The position numbers and the translations under genes are program-made. Positions 63,849 through 64,000 of a stretch of DNA of 64,000 nt are shown here, one piece after another. Position 1 is the stretch's first letter; each line of letters opens with the position of its first letter. The stretch covers positions 7,113 to 71,112 of the forward strand of contig DATBFX010000008.1 in assembly GCA_036558305.1 (NCBI GenBank), read 5' to 3'. Origin of the DNA: Thermomicrobiales bacterium. Lineage in GTDB: Bacteria; Chloroflexota; Chloroflexia; Thermomicrobiales; UBA6265. A model generated the notes under the pieces. That model did no database searches. It saw only the letters and a program-made list of their open reading frames with translations, and was not told the DNA's origin.

Positions 63849-64000
63849 ATGGACCCCAAACAACTGCTTGCACAGGCCCGCGACGTGATGACCGTCCGGC
63901 AGGTTTTCGGCGAGGCGATCGAACGGGACGGGGCGACCGTCATCCCCGTGGCAAAGGTGATGGGCGGCGGGGGAGGTGGCGAGGGCGGCCAGGGCGGCGG
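63849..64000 (+). CDS. GerW/YtfJ-family (sporulation/germination-associated) protein, 5' fragment running off the window
   Basis: ATG at 63849 follows GGGAG. VFGEAIERDGATVIPVAKVMGGGGGGEGG matches the YtfJ/GerW N-terminal pattern. Confidence 0.55.
   Translation, partial: MDPKQLLAQARDVMTVRQVFGEAIERDGATVIPVAKVMGGGGGGEGGQGG

Overview
High-GC (roughly 65-70%) bacterial chromosomal window. The gene content (F420-type LLM and PPOX enzymes, a GerW/YtfJ-like gene, many palindromic intergenic repeats) suggests Chloroflexota/Thermomicrobia-like or Actinomycetota, but this is inference only. About 55 CDSs can be supported and most are housekeeping or accessory metabolism. They include tandem amidohydrolases with a Rieske ferredoxin; a sugar-acid/lactone-type catabolic locus with a 4-gene ABC importer; two two-component systems; a PAS-GGDEF-EAL protein; PPi/ATP-phosphofructokinase; agmatinase; a TPP enzyme; FNR; trpS; three MFS transporters; and general-stress genes (YsnF, CsbD). 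No rRNA, tRNA, CRISPR array, transposase or integrase was seen. The main candidate system is at 4805-9455. A stand-alone SIR2-like (NADase-type) gene overlaps the start of a 1258-aa STAND-type P-loop NTPase, which carries a coiled coil, one predicted TM helix and 14 WD40 blades. An ORF-poor 0.65-kb leader precedes the pair. A small secreted protein, a 0.6-kb patchwork of repeat fragments and an odd PT-rich/4-TM/IPT membrane protein follow it. Other points worth a second look are listed here. (1) A family of hairpin elements has stems built from 7-nt tandem repeats that place a stop codon in every frame and loops built from an 8-nt repeat. (2) An ~89-bp palindromic repeat occurs in 3 full copies, one of which supplies the stop codons of both convergent neighbours. 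(3) An ABC-2 permease is interrupted by an in-frame TAG. (4) A small protein ending in Gly-Gly sits upstream of a DUF4132 protein. (5) Two paralogous secreted proteins and a DUF2278-LTD fusion are present. All family assignments come from reading motifs by eye; no database search was run.
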